Source: Nitrospinales bacterium
GTDB lineage: Bacteria; Nitrospinota; Nitrospinia; Nitrospinales; JAJDAT01
Length of the DNA stretch: 10,785 bases
NCBI GenBank assembly: GCA_046757665.1
Contig: JBHHYO010000085.1
Span: forward strand, 1-10,785
Direction: 5' to 3'
A program made the translations under genes and the position numbers. Below, one piece after another: positions 7,757-10,785 of this stretch (positions are counted from its first letter, which is position 1; every line of letters begins with the position of its first letter). Under the pieces are notes generated by a model. The model was not told where the DNA came from and ran no database searches. It worked only from the letters and a program-made list of their open reading frames with translations.

Positions 7757-7782
7757 CTCCATCGTCATACAAGATGTTGCAA
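7735..7782. promoter_or_regulatory. Promoter-overlapping tandem pair of NrdR boxes
   Basis: gtaCAATATATAGtgg (7735-7750, in the -35/-10 spacer) and ataCAAGATGTTGcaa (7767-7782); 32-bp spacing, typical of NrdR operators. Confidence 0.75.
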
Positions 7783-7803
7783 GCTCTGGCTTGCAGGTTT
7801 TTT
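7777..7803 (+). terminator. Terminator-like hairpin just downstream of the NrdR-box promoter
   Basis: TGCAAGC-TCTG-GCTTGCA (7778-7795) perfect 7-bp stem followed by GGTTTTTT. Confidence 0.4.
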
Positions 7804-7816
7804 GAAAAATTATTTT

Positions 7817-8143
7817 AAAAACCGGGTTCCCCTGATACGGAACCGAAAGCGGGAGTTTTTGGAAAAAAATCACAACAAAAATGAATTGGCGGGTTACCGT
7901 GGAAGATGCCTTCGGTTTTAAATTAATGTTTCCTTTCCTAGAGAATCTGCAACAAAACGGAAAGCATCCTTGGATTTAAACCCCTCTGGAAATCCTTCCT
8001 CAATCCCCGAAAGCTTTAAGCGTCGGCCGAAAACCTGGTTTGATTCGGCATCCTTCTTTCCAAGCGGCGTTGGAGGTGTTTTTGGTAACCCGCCATTTTT
8101 TCTCCTTCCCGGCTCCTCCCTGTCTCAGCATCCATCCTTTTTT
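7817..8143 (-). ncRNA. Candidate GGA-rich structured RNA (CsrB/RsmY/RsmZ-like); boundaries and strand uncertain
   Basis: 14 minus-strand GGA motifs in 7931-8137, 8 of them ANGGA; 12-bp inverted repeat 7887-7898/8084-8095; possible minus-strand terminator GGTTCC/GGAACC (7825-7844) followed by CGGTTTTT. Confidence 0.35.
8016..8096 (-). CDS. Possible 26-aa basic small ORF (MAGYQKHLQRRLERRMPNQTRFSADA)
   Basis: Minus-strand AAGGAG (8107-8102), AAAAA, ATG 8096; TAA at 8018-8016. Confidence 0.25.
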   Translation of the reverse strand: MAGYQKHLQRRLERRMPNQTRFSADA

Positions 8144-8209
8144 ACCGATACCGTATTTTCTTTAATCGCATCGAACCCTGAAAAACAACACCGCTCTCTC
8201 ACGAAGGCG

Positions 8210-8222
8210 ACTATGTTATAGT
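8210..8222 (+). promoter_or_regulatory. Extended -10 element (TGtTATAGT) upstream of dut, within a palindrome
   Basis: TG-T-TATAGT at 8214-8222; ACTAT-GTT-ATAGT palindrome at 8210-8222. Confidence 0.4.
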
Positions 8223-8261
8223 GAAGGCCGTTTGTTACGTTCACTGTTATTCGAGGCTTCG

Positions 8262-8693
8262 ATGTCACAGACCAGCCACCGCCCCGTATGCCGAGTCGTG
8301 GGCGAGAACATTCCCGTTTATTCCTATCCGGGAGACGCCGGCGCCGATTTGCGGGCGTCCGAAGATGGCGTCGTTCCCGCACGGGGCAAAGAAATGATCC
8401 CGACAGGAATCCGCATTGCCCTGCCCTCCGGATACGTGGGATTGATCTGGCCGCGTAGCGGCCTGGCCGTCAAGCAAGCCATCGATTGCGGCGCCGGGGT
8501 CATCGATTCCCAATACCGCGGCGAAGTCCGCGTGTTGCTGTTCAATCATTCCGATCAAGATGTTTTGATAAAAAAAGGCGACCGGGTCGCGCAGTTGCTT
8601 GTCCAAAAAGTCGAATCCGCGGTGTTCGTACCGGTGGACAGTCTGGACGACACCTCGAGAGGCGAAGCGGGTTTTGGCTCGACGGGCCTGTGA
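8262..8693 (+). CDS. dut: Trimeric dUTP diphosphatase (dUTPase), 143 aa
   Basis: All five motifs: AGADL, PRSG, GVIDSQYRGE, GDRVAQ, RGEAGFGSTG. ATG 8262 with GAGG at 8253-8256 preferred over TTG 8232. Confidence 0.96.
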   Translation: MSQTSHRPVCRVVGENIPVYSYPGDAGADLRASEDGVVPARGKEMIPTGIRIALPSGYVGLIWPRSGLAVKQAIDCGAGVIDSQYRGEVRVLLFNHSDQDVLIKKGDRVAQLLVQKVESAVFVPVDSLDDTSRGEAGFGSTGL

Positions 8694-8717
8694 CCAGGTA
8701 ACAGAGGACCCGCCCTT

Positions 8718-9248
8718 ATGGAAATCCGGGTTGCAAATTCGGAAATCGAGCTGACGCAGGGCGACATCACGGAATGTGATACCGACGCCGTCGTCAACGC
8801 CGCCAACTCTCAATTGATCCTGGGCGCCGGTGTCGCGGGCGCTATCCGCCGCAAGGGCGGACCGGCAATTCAGGAAGAATGCCGCGCCATCGGCCACTGC
8901 CCCGTCGGCGACGCCGTAATAACCACCGCGGGCCGATTGAAAGCCAAATACGTCATCCATGCCGTCGGGCCGCAACAGGGTGAGGGCGGTGAAGAAGAAA
9001 AATTGCGCGGCGCCACCAGGAACAGCCTGCAACGCGCCGAGGAGCGCCACCTGGCCTCCATCGCCTTTCCCGCCATCAGCACCGGCATCTTCGGTTTTCC
9101 TACCGATGCCGGCGCCCGCATCATGCTGGCCACAACCCGCGACTACTTGTCCGGGCAAACCGGAATCCAGAAAGTCGTCTTTGTACTGTTTGACCGGAAA
9201 ACCCACGAGGTGTTCGTCAAAACCGCGAACACCCTCGGCCTCGAGTGA
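8718..9248 (+). CDS. MacroD/YmdB-like macrodomain protein (ADP-ribose binding; O-acetyl-ADP-ribose deacetylase-like), 176 aa
   Basis: QGDIT, VVNAAN, GAGVAGAI, VIHAVGP, SIAFPAISTGIFGFP; SD AGAGGA 8703-8708. Confidence 0.93.
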   Translation: MEIRVANSEIELTQGDITECDTDAVVNAANSQLILGAGVAGAIRRKGGPAIQEECRAIGHCPVGDAVITTAGRLKAKYVIHAVGPQQGEGGEEEKLRGATRNSLQRAEERHLASIAFPAISTGIFGFPTDAGARIMLATTRDYLSGQTGIQKVVFVLFDRKTHEVFVKTANTLGLE

Positions 9249-9251
9249 ATT

Positions 9252-9281
9252 TTCACTTTTTTGCCGCCGATCGGTTATAAT
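9252..9281 (+). promoter_or_regulatory. Probable sigma70 promoter for the nfu gene
   Basis: TTCACT (9252-9257), 18 bp, perfect TATAAT (9276-9281); the -35 lies in the palindrome AGTGAATTTTCACT (9244-9257). Confidence 0.5.
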
Positions 9282-9332
9282 AAAGAAACACGGCTTTGTT
9301 CAACAAGCCGGTTGCCGACGGAGACCCATGGC

Positions 9333-10028
9333 ATGGCTAAATTAATCGATTCGATGCGCAAATGGTTTGCCGGCTCGAAAAACCCGGAATCTTCTTCGGG
9401 CGATTCCGCCGACAGCCAGCCCCCTTCCGGAGCCCACGAACATTACCAGTCCCTGCGGATTCAACCCACGCCTAATCCACACGCCTGTCAATTCATCGCC
9501 GACAAGGTCATCATCGCTTCCGGGTCGATCGGGTTCGCGTCCGCGGAAGAGGCGAAAGGCGATGTTTTCGCCGAGGCGCTGTTCAACATCTACGGCGTTG
9601 AGAATGTGTTCATCAAGGAAAACTTCCTGACCATCACCAAGTCCCCCGTAGTGGGATGGAACGCCCTTGTCGAAGAAGTCGAAAAAGCCATCGAAACCCA
9701 TCTGGCGTTTTATGAATCCCCGCCCGCCAAGGAGCGCGAACCGGCATCCCCGCCCGCCGGCAAGGAATTGAACCTGAACGAATTCCTGGAGTTCCCGGAC
9801 GAGCAAAAATTGAAAATCGTCAATGCCGTTTTCGATCAGGCCATCCGTCCGGTGCTGGCTAACGACGGCGGTGACTTGGTTCTCCTCGGCATTCAAGGGA
9901 ACACCATTCAAATTCATTACCAGGGCGCCTGCGGCACCTGCCCCAGCGCCACCATGGGAACGCTGAAATACATTGAAGCCCTGCTGAAAGAAAACCTCCA
10001 TCCCGACCTCATGGTCGAAGCACAATAG
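9333..10028 (+). CDS. Nfu/NifU-family Fe-S cluster carrier (Nfu_N plus NifU_C domains), 231 aa
   Basis: IQPTPNPHACQF (Nfu N-terminal domain); IRPVLANDGGD...YQGACGTCPSATMGTL with CxxC. ATG 9333 with GGAG SD at 9320-9323. Confidence 0.92.
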   Translation: MAKLIDSMRKWFAGSKNPESSSGDSADSQPPSGAHEHYQSLRIQPTPNPHACQFIADKVIIASGSIGFASAEEAKGDVFAEALFNIYGVENVFIKENFLTITKSPVVGWNALVEEVEKAIETHLAFYESPPAKEREPASPPAGKELNLNEFLEFPDEQKLKIVNAVFDQAIRPVLANDGGDLVLLGIQGNTIQIHYQGACGTCPSATMGTLKYIEALLKENLHPDLMVEAQ

Positions 10029-10037
10029 AACCTCCCT

Positions 10038-10613
10038 TTAGAATCCCGGATTTTCGCTCCCCGGCGCGGGGAAATCCATGACATACGCCAGGGCGCTTTC
10101 CGGGTCCGGCGCCATGGCAAACAAGGTCAGGATTTCCCGCTTGGCGAATTGCCGACGAATCATAGCCTCAAAATGTGCCGCCAGGTCCCTGTAGAAATCA
10201 TCCGTATTGACGAACACCAGCGGCTTCTCTGTCTGCTTGAGCTGGATCATGGATAAAATCTCCATACCCTCCTCGAGAGTCCCGATGCCGCCCGGCAATA
10301 CGATGAAAGCGTCCGACCTCTTGTCCATGATCATTTTACGTTCCCGCATGTCCTGGGTAACGATCAATTCATCCGCTTCCTTGTAGTCGATATTCTTGTT
10401 CATGAAAAAATGCGGCAACACGGCGACCACGTTGCCGCCCGTCTCATGCACTCCCCGGGCCACGCAACCCATCAAGCCGATGGACGCGCCGCCGTAAACC
10501 AGGCTGATTTGGCGACGACCCATCCGACGCCCGAGATCGACCGCGGCTTCCTTGTAAACTTCCGCGACGGATTCGCTGGAGGAGCAAAAAACGCAAATGG
10601 ATTTGATCCGCAT
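10038..10613 (-). CDS. LOG-family (TIGR00730-like) nucleoside-monophosphate phosphoribohydrolase, ~191 aa
   Basis: ICVFCSSS, LVYGGASIGLMG, MRERK, PGGIGTLEE motif. Start at 10613 chosen from domain boundary; 10658 is an alternative. Confidence 0.92.
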   Translation of the reverse strand: MRIKSICVFCSSSESVAEVYKEAAVDLGRRMGRRQISLVYGGASIGLMGCVARGVHETGGNVVAVLPHFFMNKNIDYKEADELIVTQDMRERKMIMDKRSDAFIVLPGGIGTLEEGMEILSMIQLKQTEKPLVFVNTDDFYRDLAAHFEAMIRRQFAKREILTLFAMAPDPESALAYVMDFPAPGSENPGF

Positions 10614-10756
10614 GGTTTCTGAGTTTTTGAGAAGACGCCCGAAGAATCTCCGCTTCATTGACGCTCATGCAACGGCGGGCCAAAGCCAATATGGCATGGA
10701 TTGCCAATCGTTATCAACCACTTCCCCGCCCACCTGACCGCGCCCGCCCGCATCCC

Positions 10757-10785
10757 TGTCATGGTGAGCCCGTTGAACCATGACA
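10757..10785. repeat. REP-like palindromic element at the window end
   Basis: TGTCATGGT-GAGCCCGTTGA-ACCATGACA: perfect 9-bp inverted repeat resembling dispersed GTCATGGTGAGCYTGTCGAACCATGAC-type repeats (recalled, not searched). Confidence 0.6.

Noticed and set aside
7640-7930. oriC, suggested by the AT-rich region and IHF site
   Set aside because: No DnaA-box (TTWTNCACA) cluster and no dnaA/gidA/parAB context.
7881-7979. 32-aa + strand ORF (MNWRVTVEDAFGFKLMFPFLENLQQNGKHPWI)
   Set aside because: No SD at a suitable distance and no supporting signal, although it cannot be strictly excluded.
7820-8100. Cobalamin riboswitch, 6S RNA, tmRNA, RNase P or SRP RNA
   Set aside because: Diagnostic motifs not seen (B12 box GCCACTG/GGGAAG, tRNA-like ends, GAGGAAAGTCC, GGAAGCAGC). 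An Rfam search is still needed to exclude 6S formally.
7970-8221. 83-aa + strand ORF with TTG start
   Set aside because: No SD, low-complexity S/P/F composition reflecting the pyrimidine-rich strand, no motifs.
8208-8223. Fifth NrdR box (CTATGTTATAG)
   Set aside because: The core is 11 nt rather than 10, and there is no partner box at 31-32 bp.
8265-9206. 313-aa minus-strand ORF spanning dut and the macrodomain gene
   Set aside because: Antisense shadow; it is long only because both sense genes share a frame.

Overview
Bacterial chromosomal segment; the flagellin N-terminus and gene content suggest Nitrospinota or a related lineage (inference). On the + strand: a short flagellin, a Gfo/Idh/MocA oxidoreductase, a four-gene GldA/GldF/GldG-like ABC system with a four-repeat DUF4340 protein, a ~745-bp intergenic region, then dUTPase, a MacroD-type macrodomain protein and an Nfu/NifU Fe-S carrier. 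A convergent LOG-family nucleosidase follows, and the window ends in a REP-like palindrome. The most interesting signals are non-coding. (1) At 7579-7782 there are two tandem pairs of NrdR-box-like sites (31 and 32 bp spacing) around a perfect IHF consensus, with a TTGACA promoter overlapping the second pair; no ribonucleotide reductase gene follows, and the next conserved gene is dut. (2) At ~7817-8143 the minus strand is highly enriched in GGA/ANGGA motifs and contains a 12-bp long-range stem. It repeats the AAGGATGC motif of the CsrA-type hairpin in the flagellin leader and is a candidate CsrB/Rsm-like sponge RNA or small-ORF mRNA. (3) An 18-aa basic uORF with a perfect Shine-Dalgarno lies in the flagellin leader. 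All calls were made by eye; no database search or folding computation was run.
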